The notes beneath the pieces are model-generated. The model searched no databases, was not told the DNA's origin, and saw only the letters and a list, made by a program, of their open reading frames with translations. Source: the human T2T-CHM13v2.0 reference genome, Homo sapiens. Taken from it: a DNA stretch of 64,000 nucleotides. The stretch lies in NCBI RefSeq assembly GCF_009914755.1, contig NC_060928.1, one strand, 5' to 3'. This document shows, one piece after another, positions 12,388 through 25,631 of this stretch (position 1 is the first letter of the stretch; every line of letters starts with the position of its first letter). A program made the position numbers and the translations under genes.

Positions 12388-15300
12388 CTTTTCTTTGAAC
12401 TTTTATTTTAAGTTCAGGGTTATATGTGCAGATTTGTTATAAAGATAAACTTCTGTTGTGGGGGTTTGCTGTAGAGATTATTTCATCACCCAGGTATTAA
12501 GCCTAGTACCCATTAGTTATTTTTTCTGCTCCTTTTCCTCCTCCCACACTCCAACCTCCAGTAGGCCTAAATGTCTATTGTTCCCATTTATGCGTCCATG
12601 TATTCTTATCTTTTAGCTCCTACTTATAAGTGAGAACATTTGGTTTTGGTTTTCTGTTCCCATGTTAGTTTCCTAAATATAATGGCCTCAAGCTCTAACC
12701 ATTTTCCTGCAAAGGACATTATTTCATTTTTATGGCTGCATAGTATTCCATTGTGTATATGTACATTTTCTTTAACCTGTCTATCACTGATGGGCATGTA
12801 GGTTGATTCCATGTCTTTGCTATTGTAAACAGTGTTGCAATGAACATATATGTGAATATGTCTTTATGAAAGAATGATTTATATTCCTTTGGGTATATAC
12901 TTAGTAATGGTATTTCTGTTTTTAGGCCTTTGAGGAATCACCACACTGTCTTCCACAATGATTGAACTAATTTACAGTCCCACCAGCAGTGTATAAGCAT
13001 TTCTTTTTCTCTTCAGCCTCACCAGCATCTGTTATTTTTTGACTTTTTAATAATAGCCATTCTGACTGTTGTGAGATGGTATCTAATTGTGGTTTTGATT
13101 TTATTTCTCTAATAATCAGCTTTTTTCATGTGCTTGTTGGCTGCACATACATCTTCTTTTGAAAAGCATCTGTTCATATTCTTTCCCCACTTTTTAATGA
13201 GTTTGTTTGTTGTCTTCTTGTAAATTGGTCTAAGTTTCTTATAGATGGTTGTCAGGTGCACAGTTTGCAAAATTATTCTCCCATTCTGTAGGTTGTCTGT
13301 TCCTTTAATGATAGTTTCTTTTTCTGTGCAGAAGCCCTTTATTTATCTCCCATTTGTCAATTTTTGCTTTTGTTGCAATTGCTTTTGGTACCTTTGTCAT
13401 AAAATCTTTTCCCCTGATCCTATATCCAGAATGTGATGGCCTAGGTTGTGTTTCAGAGTTTATATTATTTTGAATTTAACATTTAAGTTTTTAATCTATA
13501 ATGAGTTAATTTTTATTTATAGTGTCAGGAAGGAGTCTAGTTTCGATCTTCTGTATATGTTTAGCCAATTCTCCCAACACCAATTATTAAATAGTGAGTC
13601 CTTTCCCCATTTCTTGTTTTTGCCAAGTTTGCTAAAGAGCAGATAGTTGTAGGCATGTGGCCTTATTTCTGGGTTCTGTATTCTTTTCCATTGATCTATG
13701 TGTCTGTTTTTTGTACCAGTGCCATGCTGCCTTGATTACTGTAGCCTTGTAATATGGTTTGAAGTCAGGTAGCATGATGCCTCCAGCTTTATTCTTTTTG
13801 CCAAGATTGTCTTGGCTATTTGGGCTCTTTTTGGCTCCATATGAGTTTTAAAATAGTTTTTTTTCCTAGTTCTGTGAAGAATATTAATGGTAATTTAATA
13901 GGAATAGTGTTGAATTTGTAAATTCCTTTCAGCAGTAGGATCATTTTAATGATATTGATTCTTTCTATCCATGACCATGGAAGGTTTTTCCATTTGTTTG
14001 TCCCATCTCTGATTTCTTTGAGCAGTGTTTTGTAGTTCTCTTTGCAGAGATCTTTCACCTCCCCAGTTATGTATTTTATTCTTCTTGTGGCAATTGTGAA
14101 TGAGATTACATTTCTGATTTGATTCTCAGCTTGACTGTTGTTAATGTATAGAAATGTTAGTGACTTTTGCACATTGATTTTTGTATCTTGAGATTTTGCT
14201 GAAGTTGTTAATTAGCTTAAGGAGCTTTTGGGCTGATTCTATGTGGTGTTCTAGATATAGAATCATGTCATCTGCAAACATGTGTATTTTGACTTCCTCT
14301 CCTTCTATTTGGAAGCGCTTTATTTCTTTCTCTTGCCAGACTGCCCTGGCCAGGACTTTCAATACTATGTGGGATAGGCATGGTGGACAGGGCATTTTTG
14401 TCTTGTGCTGGTTTTCAAGGGTAATGCTTCCAGCTTTTGGCCATTCAGCACAATGTTGACTGTGCATTTGTTCCTTCTTTTTTCAATTATTTGTAGCTTT
14501 TATTTTAAGTTTGGGGTTACATATGAAGGCTTGTTATATAGGTAAACTCATGTCATAGGGATTTGTTGTATAGATTATTTAATCACTCGGGAATTAAGCC
14601 CAGTAGTACCCAATAGTTATCTTTTCTGTTCCTCTGCCTCCTCTCACTCTCTGCCCTCAAGGAGACTCCAGTGTCTGTTGTTTCCTTCTTTGTTGTTCAA
14701 AAGTTTCATCAATACCCAGTTTATTGAGCGTTTTTAATGTGAAGAGGTGCTGAATTTTATCAAAAGCCTTTTATGCATCTGTTGAGATAATTATGTGGAT
14801 TTTGTCTTTAGCTTTTTTTATATGATAAATCACATTAATTGATTTGCATATGTTCAACCAACCTTGCATCCTGGGGATGAAGCCTGCTTGATAATGGTGG
14901 ATTAACTTTTGGATGTGCTGCTGAATTCAGTTTGCAAGATTTTGTTTTGAGGATTTTTGCATTGATGTTCATAAAAAATATTGGCCTGAAGTTTTATTTT
15001 CTTGTTGGGACTCTGCCAGGTTTTGATCAGGATGATGCTGGCCTCATACAATGAGTTTGGAAGAAGTTTATTCTCCTCAATTTTTTGGAATAGTTTCACT
15101 GGGAATGGTACCAGCTATATTTTGTACATCTGGTGCAATTCAGCTGTGACTCTGTCAGATCCTGTGCTTTGTTTAGTTGGTAGGCTATTTATTACTCATT
15201 CAATTTTAGAGCTTGTTATTTGTCTGTTCAGGACATTACTTTATTCCTGGTTCAGTCTTGGGAGGTTGTATGTGTTCAAGAATTTATCCATTTCTTTTAG

Positions 15301-18300
15301 GTTGTCTAGTGTATGTGCATAGAAGTGTTCATAGCAGTTTCTGACGGTTATTTTTATTTCTGTGGGGTCAGTGGTAACCTTCCTTTCATCACTTCTAATT
15401 GTGTTTATTTGAATCTTCTATCTTTTCTACTTTGTATATTCTAGATAGCAGCCTATTTTATCACTTTTTTCAAAAAAATGAAGGCCTGAATTCATTGATC
15501 TTTTGAAGGGTTTTTTTATATGTGCCAGAAATTCTGGTATGTTGTGTCTCTGTTCTCATAAGTCATTCAGGTGCATGTTGTTTAATTTCCATGTAATGTC
15601 ATGGTTTTGGACAATTTTCTTAGTCTTGGCTTCTATTTTTATTTCACTGTGGTCCGGCAGTGTGTTTGTTATTATATCAATTCTTTTGCATTTGCTGATG
15701 ATTGTTTTATGTTCAGTTATATGGTCAGTTTTAGATTATGTGCCATGTGGCAATGAGAAGAATGCATATTCTGTTGTTTTGTAGTGGAGAGTTCTATAGA
15801 GGTCTATCAGATCCTTTTGGTCCAATGTTGAGTTCAGGTTCTGAATATCTTTGCTAATGTTTCTGCCTTGGTGATCTATCTAATGCTGCTAGTGGTGTGT
15901 TGAAGTCTAGCCCTATTACTGTGTTGAAGTCTCAACATGAAGGGGTGTTGAATTTTATTGAAAAGGTTTTCTGCTTCTATTGAGATAATCATGTGGATTT
16001 GTCTTTAGTTCTGTTTAAATGATGAATCACATTTACTGATTTGTGTATGTTGAACAAACCTTACATCCTAGGGATAAAGCCTACTTGATCATGGTAGAAA
16101 AGATACTTGAAGTGTTGTCGGATTTGGCTTGCCAGTATTTTGAGGATGTTTGCATAAATGTTCATGAAGGATATTGGCCTGAAATTTTTCTTTTTTGTTG
16201 TGTTTCTGTCACGTTTTGGTATCATGATAGAATGAGTTAGGGAGGAGCCTCTCTTCCAGAATTTTTTGGTGTAGTTTCAGGAGAAATGATACCAGCTCTA
16301 CTTTGTACATCTGGTACAATTCAGCTGTAAATCTATTTTGTCCTGGGATTTTTTTTGGTTGGTAGGCTATTTATTACTGATTCAATTTCAGAGCTGATTA
16401 TTGTTCTATTTAGGCACTCAATTTTTCCTGGTTCAGTCTTGGGAGAATGTCCATGTCCAGGAATTTATCCATTTCTTCCAGATTTTCTACTTGATGTGCA
16501 TAAAGGGGTTCATAATATTATGTGATGGTTATTTGTATTTCTGCAGGGTCAGTGGTGATATGCCCCTTGTTGTTTCTGAATGTGTTTATTTGAATCTGTT
16601 CCCTTATTTTTTATTAGTCTATTTAATGGTCTATTTATTTTATTAATATTTTCAGAAAACAGGCTGTTTAATTTGTTGATCTTTAGAGTGGTTTGGGTTT
16701 TTTTGTATCTCAATATCCTTCAGTTCAGCTCTGATTTTGCTTATTTCTTGTCTTCTGCTAGCTTGGGGTTGATTTATTCTACTTTCTCTAGTTCTTTTAG
16801 TTGTGACATTAGGTTGTCAAGTTGAGATCTTTCTAACTTTTTGATGTGAGCATTTAGTGCTATAAAATTCCCACTTAACCCTGTGTTAGCCGTGTCCCAG
16901 AGATTCTAGCATGTTGCACCTTTGTTCTCATTACTTTCAAAGAGCTTCTTGATTTCTCGCTTAATTTCATGATTTACCCATAAGTCATTCAGGAGCAGGT
17001 TATTCAATTTCCATGTAATTGAATGCTTTTGAGTGAAATACGTAGTCTTGGTTTTTAACTTTCCTGTGCTGTGGTCTGAGATAGTGCTTGCTATGATTTA
17101 AGTTCTTTTGCATTTGCTGAGGAGTGTTTTACTTGTGATTATGTGATCGATTATATAGTATGTGCCATATGGTGATGAGAAGAATGTATATTCTATTGTT
17201 TTCTGGTGCAGAGTTCTGTAGATGTCTATCAGATCTATTTGAACCAATGCTGAGTTTAGGTCTTGAATGTTTTTGTTAATTTTCTGCTTCGATGGTTTAT
17301 CTAATGCTGTCAGTGGAGTGTTGAAGTCTCCTGCCAATATTATGTGGGAGTCTAAGTCTCTTTGAAGGTCTCTAAGAACTTGCTTTATGAATTTGTGTGC
17401 TTCTGTGTTGGGAATATATTCTGAATTTGATTGGTGGCCTTTCTAGCTATGTTGAGGGGGTTCTTATGGATGATATCCTGAAATATGTTTTTCAAGTTGT
17501 TTCCATTCTCCCCATCTCTTTCAGAGAGAGCAATGAGTCATACATTTGGTCTCTTTACATAATCCCCTATTTCTCTGAGGTTTTGTTCATTTATTTTCCT
17601 TCTTTTTTCTCTGTTCTTGTCTGACTGTCTTATTTCAGAAAGGCAGCCATCAAGCTCTGAGATTCTTTCCTCCACTTGGTCTATTCTGCTACTAATACTT
17701 GTGAGTACCTTATGAAATTCTTATAGTGCATTTTTCAGCTTTATCAGGTTGATTGGTTCCATTTTTTTTCTACACTGCCTGTTTTGTCTGTCTGTTCCTG
17801 CATTGTTTTAATGTGATTTTTAGCTTCCTTGGAATGAGTCTTAATATACATCTTTAGCTCAATTATCTTTTTTCCTATCCTTAGTCTGAATTCTATTTCT
17901 GTTATTTCAGCAGCTCAGCCCAGTTCAGAACTCCTGTTGGAGAGATGATTCAGCTGTTTGCAGGAAAAAAGGCCCTCTGACTTTGTGAGTGTCAGGGATT
18001 TTGTGCTGATTCTTTCTCGTCTTTGTGGGCTTGTCTTCCTTCAGTCTTTGACATTGCTGACCTTTTGATTTTTTTTGTTTGTTTGCTTTTATCTTATTTG
18101 ATTCCCTTGAGGGTTTGATTGTGGTATAACATGGATTCAGTTGACTGGCTTCATTTCCGGAAGATTTTAGGGGACCAACACTGTGCTCCCAAATCCTGAA
18201 CTGTGTGTTCTAACTGGGGGACATATATTGGGCTCCAACTTTGCTCTCTGGCTTCTCAAGGTTAGGAATCTACTGAGCTCGGGGAATCTGAGGTGCTCCC

Positions 18301-19560
18301 AGACCCCCAGTTACTACACTCCAATGGATGGTGTCAGCCAAAGCCTTTCACAGTGCAGTGACAGCAGGATCCATCCTCACATTCCAGCAATAGCAGTAGT
18401 GGCAGCTGTGGCAGAGTGCTAGTGGGTTCTGCAGTGCCTGCCTCCCTTGCAGCTTGGTTGGTGGGGAAGGTGGGGCTGGCTGGGGACCCCTGCTGGAGAC
18501 TGTGTGAACAGTTGTGCTGAAGGTAGTGTTGGCTCAGGGACCAGGCAATGGCAGGCGCAGGTCTGGGTAACTTCTTTGTTCCCTTCAAGCAGGAGTGATG
18601 GCTCAGGGCAGAGGAGGATCCACTGTTCTCTGCATAGTGTTAGTACAAGGGTGGGGTGCTTGTAGGTATGGGGCTTGCTGGCTCTGTGCCCTCCAAGGCT
18701 CTGTCTGCAGTGGCATTCTGGAAGGGAAGGGGAGGCAGACTGGACTCCAATGTGCTGTCAGTGCTAGGAAAGCAAAACCTGCCTGCACAGACATACACCA
18801 ACAGAGCAATCTGGGGAGTTGCCCTGAGCCCAGGCGGGAAGCTGCAGTATAGGGAGGGAGCATGTGGGCTGGGGCCTCGAAGTAGGTGCTGCCCCACTGG
18901 AGCTCTCTGCCAGTTCCGCACAGTCTACCAGTGCAGAAACTATGACACAGGCCCCCAGACCACTCGGGGCTGACCTGCAAGCAGGCATGGTCATGGTGGG
19001 GCTGTGGGAGAGGCCAGCACACCAGGGAGCGCTCAGATCAGACTGGCCCTATCTGTTGGACAAGACCACCCTGTAGTGTTCAGATCCAGCAGTTCCTCTA
19101 GGGCTAATGTTTCCTATGGGAGCAAGTCAAGCCTAGCAGGATGGCCATCTCTGGCCTTACTCTGCTACAGATGCTCCTGCACCAAACCCTCTGGGATCCA
19201 CATCAGCTGGCTTACTGCCCCTACCACTTCTCTAAACAGCTCTCCCTGCCAATTCGAATGCCTGTGATGGTTGAGGGGTCTCCTGCTGGTGGTCCAGAGG
19301 CCTGTGGTGAGGGCAGATTGCTGTTTGCCATTTCAACTCACCCATTCCTCCAGAGCCATTGGTGGTCAGGAATGAGTCCGGGTGCAGTTTATCTCCATGT
19401 AGGGCTCCCAACGTTCTCCTCCTTCTGCCCAGCTTCCATGTACTCCCTCTGTTCACTCTGGAGAAGATCTGTTAGGAGCATGTTAGGAGCATGCCAGTCG
19501 TCTCAGTCTTCAGGTAGGAGCTGTTCCACCTGTCTGCATTTAGTTGGCCATCTTACTGGA
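12388..19560 (-). mobile_element. Composite near-full-length old primate L1 (L1PA13-16 range): 3'UTR, ORF2, partial ORF1 and GC-rich 5'UTR, with internal deletions and a duplicated ORF2 segment
   Basis: T-rich tail plus aacttttattttaagttcaggg at left; ORF2 peptides in ORFs 13816..14172, 14141..14467 ([10 protein letters not shown]), 14902..15099, 17098..17337 (GDFNTPL); 5' terminus ...ggccatctt; tgattctttt at both ends (candidate TSD). Confidence 0.92.
14478..14711 (-). mobile_element. Second L1PA15/16-type 3' end nested inside the long L1
   Basis: New T-rich tail plus cttttattttaagtttggggttacatatg...ggtaaactcatgtcatagggatttgttgtatagattatt in the middle of ORF2. Confidence 0.88.
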
Positions 19561-19879
19561 TATGATTCTTTTGCTATACCAAAGCTATGATCAACTGCCA
19601 GTCCCTAATGAAAGCAGTGAATGAAAAGGTGTTAGATTGCCATAAGAAAATTCATTAAACATATGATACCCACTGTTTGTCAGAAATGCAATAGCGACAG
19701 CCTGCCAGGGAGAAAACAGCAACTTACAATAGTTTATCTTAAGGTGAACTTATCCTTTATGCCAGTTTCATCTTCCAATAATAGTAGATTAAAAGGATGA
19801 AACTAAACTGTATTTAGAGCTATTTGGTTACATATATTCATGATTTTAAATAATAGATGTGCTGCATACATTAGATGAC

Positions 19880-19993
19880 CAGGCCCTTATTTTTTTCATG
19901 TAAGGTAACATATTCAAAGGTTCCAGGGATTAGAATGTGGACTTCTTTGGGGTATACATTATTCTTTGGGGGTCATTATTCAGCCTACCCCAA
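19880..19993 (-). mobile_element. MLT1 (C/D-like) LTR 5' fragment
   Basis: gtaaggtaacatattcaaaggttccagggattagaatgtggac...ttgggggtcattattcagcctacc. Confidence 0.75.
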
Positions 19994-20546
19994 TAAGTTT
20001 GAGGTGATTTATAAGAATGGCCTAGAAAATATGTTACACAGCTATGACTACCATGTTATAAATAAGCCAGTCAAAAGTTATTTTTGCTGTGAAAGTCCGG
20101 TGTTTCTGAAAAATGGAAAGTGAAGAACTCAAAAGTCATTTTTGTTTTTTCACAGAGGAACAACTTACATAGTTCTTTTTCTTCTTGTGTGTATGGTATT
20201 TTAATATTTTTACCAAATAAGATTTTTCATGAAACTTGTAATTTTCTAATTTTCTTTTAGCAGTTTCTTCTGTTTCTAGAAGTCATATAAGTGTTTTATT
20301 AGAAAACTGGATAAATAAAAATAAACATAAAGCTATAAAACAAAGTATGAATTCAGGAATCATATTGCTCAAGAACACACTGATAATATTTTGGTAATAT
20401 GTCTAATAGTCTGTTTCTCCTACTATTTATATCTAGAAACATTTTGCTTCAATAAAGTACATATTATAATAACTCACATGGATTCAGCACTTAAGATATA
20501 GCAGAGACTGTACTATGGACTATCAAAAAGGCCATGAGTACATGGA

Positions 20547-20552
<6 letters not shown>

Positions 20553-20595
<43 letters not shown>
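20553..20595. repeat. (AT)n microsatellite
   Basis: Seen directly. Confidence 0.98.
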
Positions 20596-20597
<2 letters not shown>

Positions 20598-20864
20598 GTT
20601 AGCCATGCTTAAGTACTATAATTTAATAAATTTTTGAGTCATAGGTTATGACTTTTGACACATTGGGATATATTATTTTTCAGAAAATGTATACTTTCAG
20701 TCATGTCAGTGTATGCAGTACTTTCTTGAGGAAGTAGGTTTTTGAATCCAGTTTTTGATTCCTTCTTGACTCCCCCAGTTAGGAGTGTAGAATATGGCCC
20801 AAGGAAATCTCATAGAATGACTAGGCATTCCTTGCCTCGTACTATGATTTTTATCTAAAACTTT

Positions 20865-21387
20865 ATGCCAAAGAAGGACACTCTTGCTGTATACTAGAGC
20901 ACTTTTAGAACATTTAAGAACTCAGATGCCCAACTTCTTGTACTACGGCTACTGAGTTGGGGCCTTCCTATTTAGGAATTAAGAATATGTACTTTTGGTT
21001 TTCTGTTCCTGCATTAATTTGTTCAGGATTCTGGCCTTCAGTTCCAGCCTTGTGGGAGCTAAGCATTGAGCACACATGGGATGTGCATATCATATAAATA
21101 TGGGGACAACAGACAATGCGGACTACTTGAGGGTGGAGGGATTGGAGCGAGGGATGAGTTAAGAAACTACCTATCAGGTACTATGCTCACTACCAAGGTG
21201 CCAGGATCCATACTCCAAACCTCAGCATCATCCAATATTCTCAGGTAAAAAATCTGCACATGTATACCCCACATCTAAAATGAAAGTTAAAATTAAATAA
21301 AAGATATAGTCCCCAAAGAAAAGAATATGTATTTTTAAAACACTTTTCAGGTAACTAAGATGTACCTCTTGGTTGTAGAATCTCTGA
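20865..21387. mobile_element. Degenerate MER5-like hAT-Charlie MITE split by an L1 insertion
   Basis: taagaactcagatgccc...ctactgag...aagaatatgta|ttttaaaacacttttcaggtaactaagatgtac...gtagaatctctg resembles MER5A. Confidence 0.45.
20993..21320 (+). mobile_element. Short old L1 (L1PA16/17 or L1PB-type) 3' end with 5' inversion and TSD aagaatatgta
   Basis: 20993-21048 is antisense L1 3'UTR; 21052-21303 is sense 3'UTR (gtgggagctaagcattgag...ctgcacatgta...ctaaaatgaaagtt); aagaatatgta at 20981-20991 and 21321-21331. Confidence 0.88.
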
Positions 21388-21584
21388 GTAAATGCGAATG
21401 CCTCAGGCCTTTAGTTTGACTGCCTCTACTTTCTAGTTCTTTGTTATTAGCAAACATTTTATCTAGTCCTTCTAAGACTGGAAAAATGTATTCTAAAAAA
21501 AGAATACTTTTTCTCTTTAATTTGTCCTATTTTGTGTCATTATGATTAAATTGGGGCCCCTTAAACCTGTTTCCAGTAAATGAG

Positions 21585-23710
21585 TCAAAATTCATTTTTT
21601 TTCCCAGTAGATGTGCCATATACCCAGCACAATTTATTGTGAAGATTATCTTTTTGCCTGTTAAACAGCAGTGAAGCTTGTTCATTAATCAGGTCACTGT
21701 GTATGTCTGGTCTGACTCTGGATTCTGTTCCATACATCAATTTGTCCTTGAATCAATACCACACTGTCTTAATTGCTAAGCCCTTCATATCAAGGTATAC
21801 CCTAAAGCTTTTCTTCTTCTTCCTCAAGATTAACTTGTCTATCCTGGGTCATTTTCATTTTTATATACATATTAGAATCAACTTTTAAATTTTCATAAAG
21901 AAGGATCTTGATAGTAATTGTATTAAATCTATAGAAGCATTTGGAAGATTAGTATCCTAAAAGTTTTTAATTTTCCAATCAATAAATACTTTATACACTT
22001 TCATTTATTTGTCTCATTCAGTGTCTCAATAATACTTTAAATTTATAGATATCCAGTACATCTTTTGTTAGTTATCCCTAAGGAATGTATTATTCTCATA
22101 GTATTGTAAATAAGATTTTTATTTTGTTTTCCAATTTCTAATTGTCACTAGTATAGAAATCCATTTGGTAACCTGTGCCCCATGATCTTTTTCAATTTAT
22201 CCATTAATTCTAATAGATTGCTTATAATACTATTCAATTTCCTAAATATTTTCCTTTTCCTTCTTCAATATTTATATGTTTTATTCTATTTCTCATACCC
22301 TATTTTAGTGGCAAGAACATTTGGAGTTCATTAGCAGCAATGGTGGTGTATATCTGTGTCTTGTTCCCATCCTTAAAGGGAAACTATTAACTATTTCACC
22401 ATTAAATATAATGTTAGCTGTAGGTTTTGTGTGGGCTTTGTATAGTTTATCAGATAATTTCTTTTTATATTTATAGAGTTTGCTAAGAATTTTGATCATG
22501 GACAGGTATTGAATTTTATTCATATTGTATTTAAGGCTTTGTTTATGCCTTAAAATTATCATATGGGTTTTGTTTTTTAATCTGTTAACATGATGACTTT
22601 ATTGATTTTTCAACAGTAAACTAACCTTACATTCATGAAATAAAACTTACTATATAATTGTCTATTAATGTTGGTTGTTATATATAACTTTGATTTGGGA
22701 ATATTTTTATAGGCTTATGTATATATTTATGAGAGATATTGTCTTGTAATTTATTTTTTCTTTTCTAGTTTTTGTATCAAGGTTATTATAGAATAAGAAA
22801 ATGATGTGGAAGTTCTTCCAGTCTTAATCTTTGGAAGAATTTGTGTAAAATTGGTATAATTCCTTTCTTAGACATTTGGAAGACTTCCCTTTGAATCATC
22901 TGAGTTCAAAAGTGTGTAAAGATAAGTGTTTGTGTGTAGGTATTTAATTTTAGATTCAATTTCTTTAGTGAGACCATTCAGATTATCTATTTATTCTAAC
23001 GCTAATTGTGGTGAGTTATATATTTTGAGAACTCATCCATTATTGTGAAAATTTTAACTTTATTACTATAAATTCATCATAATGTCTTTTTATCTGTGAG
23101 ATTTAGGTTGATGTTTTGTTATTTATTCTGATATTGATAACTTACATTATCTCTATTTTTTCTGATAAGACATTAACAAGTTATAATTTTAATCAAAATT
23201 TTCAAAGAATGAATTTCTGGATCTAATTTATATTCCCTATTTCATTGCTTTTTCTCTTATCTTTACTATTCCTTTGAGATTAATTTGCTTTTTATCCAAC
23301 AAGCTTCTTGAACTGAAAGCTTAAATCAATGTTTTGCAACTTTTCTTCCTTTCTAAATTGTGCATTTAGAACTTAAAGTTGTACTTTAAATTTTATTACA
23401 TGCTTTGCAGACAAACTGCATACTTTACATGACCCATATTGATTATTTAAAAGTCATTGTTTAATCTCTCTGAATTCTGAATCAACACTTGGTCTCGTTT
23501 ATCAGCTCTGCTTTTTTTCACCTTCTTTTTCACTCATTTTTGCCTGTTTTTGTAATGTCTCAAAAATTTTGAACAGATGCCAGGCTGCATATTAAAAATT
23601 ATGGAGTCTCTAGCCTCTGTTATTTTTAGCAGATCAAGTGCCAGCAGATCAGTTTCATTCTTGGACTACCGGGTTTGAGGCTTGGTTAAGGATAATCTGT
23701 TTCTGTTTCT
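21585..23710 (-). mobile_element. Old L1M (L1MC/ME-type) ORF2 fragment
   Basis: T-rich antisense L1; ORF 22305..22562 gives KPTANIIFNGEIVNSFPLRMGTR, L1 RT-like. Confidence 0.8.
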
Positions 23711-23724
23711 CATGCATATTATAG

Positions 23725-24060
23725 CCACTTTAGGTATCTATTGCAAGTACCAAATTACTCCCAAACTTACTGGTTTTAACAACACATTTATTATCTCACA
23801 GTCTATATAGGCCAGAAATCTGGGAATGATTAAGCTGGACTTTCTGCTTCAAAGTGTCACATGCTGAATTCCATGTGTCAGCAGGGCAGCAGTCCTTTGA
23901 CTTCCCAAGGATTACCTGGGGAAGGATCCACTTCCATGCTTATTCATGTGATTGTAGCAGAATTCAGGTCCTTTTGGGCTTTTGGATGAGGGATTCAGTT
24001 CCTCATTGGCTGTTGCCTGGAGGCCATGTGACTTTCTCCATAGAGTTGATCACACATGGT
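23725..24060 (-). mobile_element. MaLR LTR (MLT1E/F-like)
   Basis: caaattactcccaaacttactggttttaacaacacatttattatctcacagt, ggggaaggatccacttcca, gcagaattcaggtcctt. Confidence 0.75.
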
Positions 24061-24754
24061 GTAAATATGATACTGTGTAATATACCACAGTAGAACACAA
24101 CCTTTACTCCTGTGGAGTGACCTTCATTCATAAGGCATAGTCCTTCCATTGTCTCAACTGAAGTCTTGAGGTATTTCCTAAAGTCTTTCCTCCATGGTAA
24201 AGCTTGAAATTCACTCATTCTCCATTTGGGATAACATAGCTGCTAAAATCTCTGCTCAACAATTCAGCCTCCCAGTTTTGGGAGGCTGATTTGTCTTCTG
24301 ATTTGTTTCTTGGAATATGTGTCATTTTCATGACCTGAAAATTCTTTATCTCTGGATTTTTGCCTCTCTTGTCCTAGCTTCTGAACTGGGCAGCCCTGAA
24401 CTGTTCCTTTTGTTCTCTATAGCTTCTGATGCTTCAGTTTTCTGATACGGTACAATCTTCCTTAAATACAATTTTTATAATGTATTCTAGGAAAAATCTG
24501 AGGTGAATTCGAGCTAATTTCAGGATTATGGTTCCTAAAAACTTGCCTGTTTGGGTTGCTGTTTAAATGGCTTGTAAAAGCCATTTTATATATTTGTCTA
24601 GTAATTTTTTTCCAAGCAAGATGGTTCTTTTGATACAGTATATGTTACTAAAACTATGTATCACTGTTATTCACTCTTATGTTTGAAAGTATTACAAGAA
24701 TTTTTGAAGTAAAAGCCTTTATATTTTATTACATTAAGTGGCACTGTTTCTCTG

Positions 24755-24819
24755 TTTTGAACAAGGGGCCTTGCATTTTCATTTTGTACCTTGTCCCACA
24801 AATCATCTAACTAGACCTG
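24755..24819 (+). mobile_element. MER53 (hAT MITE) terminal fragment
   Basis: ttttgaacaaggggccttgcattttcattttgtacc...cccacaaat...cctg. Confidence 0.65.
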
Positions 24820-25631
24820 ATTTCTGAGTAATAAACTTTTATTATCTGAATTATATTACTTCCTGAAAACCAATAAACTATTAAAAAATGATTTTCCCAT
24901 AAAGCATCTTCCCCAGTATGACAGACTTGGTAGCTCTTCTCTAAACCCAGTTTATTTTGTGTCTCAGGCTCCCTGGCCATTGGTGTGAATGTGTGACTGA
25001 ATGCTAGTCAAAGAGAAATGAGTAAAAGTGTCAAGTCCTACTTCTAGTACTATCCCATAAGAGCCTCCACTCTCTGACTCTTCATGCCTTTCCCCCCTTG
25101 ATTCAATGCAGAAGACTGCAAAAACCTGGGAAGGCAGGGATAGAAAGGGTGTAGTATAGGATCTTCTTGTAGGAAAGCTGCCTGCTCCTCAGAAATACTG
25201 TTTTGGAACTTATTTATATGAATAACAAAATTATAATGTCTTTGACTCATTATCCTCTTTTCGATGTTTATTTCAATATTTAACATCTCCATTAATAGTA
25301 CAGTCTATCAAACCAAATTTCTTAGTAACCAATATCAGTGTCATCCATTCGTTTCATTTAAAAATCCATTAATTGCCTCAAATGGACAAAGCCTTGATAT
25401 TAACAGAAAATGTGTGTTGAAGGAAGAAGAAGCTTGGGAAATAAAACTGATGATGTTGCGTATATGTGGTTATTTTCATTGTATCGTATACATCACAATT
25501 CTATTGAAACTAAGAGAAGGGACATTTTAATATATTTGAGATAATTCGTTGCCTATATTTTAACATAAAAAAACAAAATATGTGGGAAACTAGATTATTG
25601 GTAATAAGTTAATGATTCAGCTCTAAGATAA

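Noticed and set aside
18183-19590. Dense cluster of overlapping ORFs in a GC-rich segment
   Set aside because: It is the old L1 5'UTR; higher GC lowers stop frequency and CpGs are depleted, so neither a gene nor a CpG island
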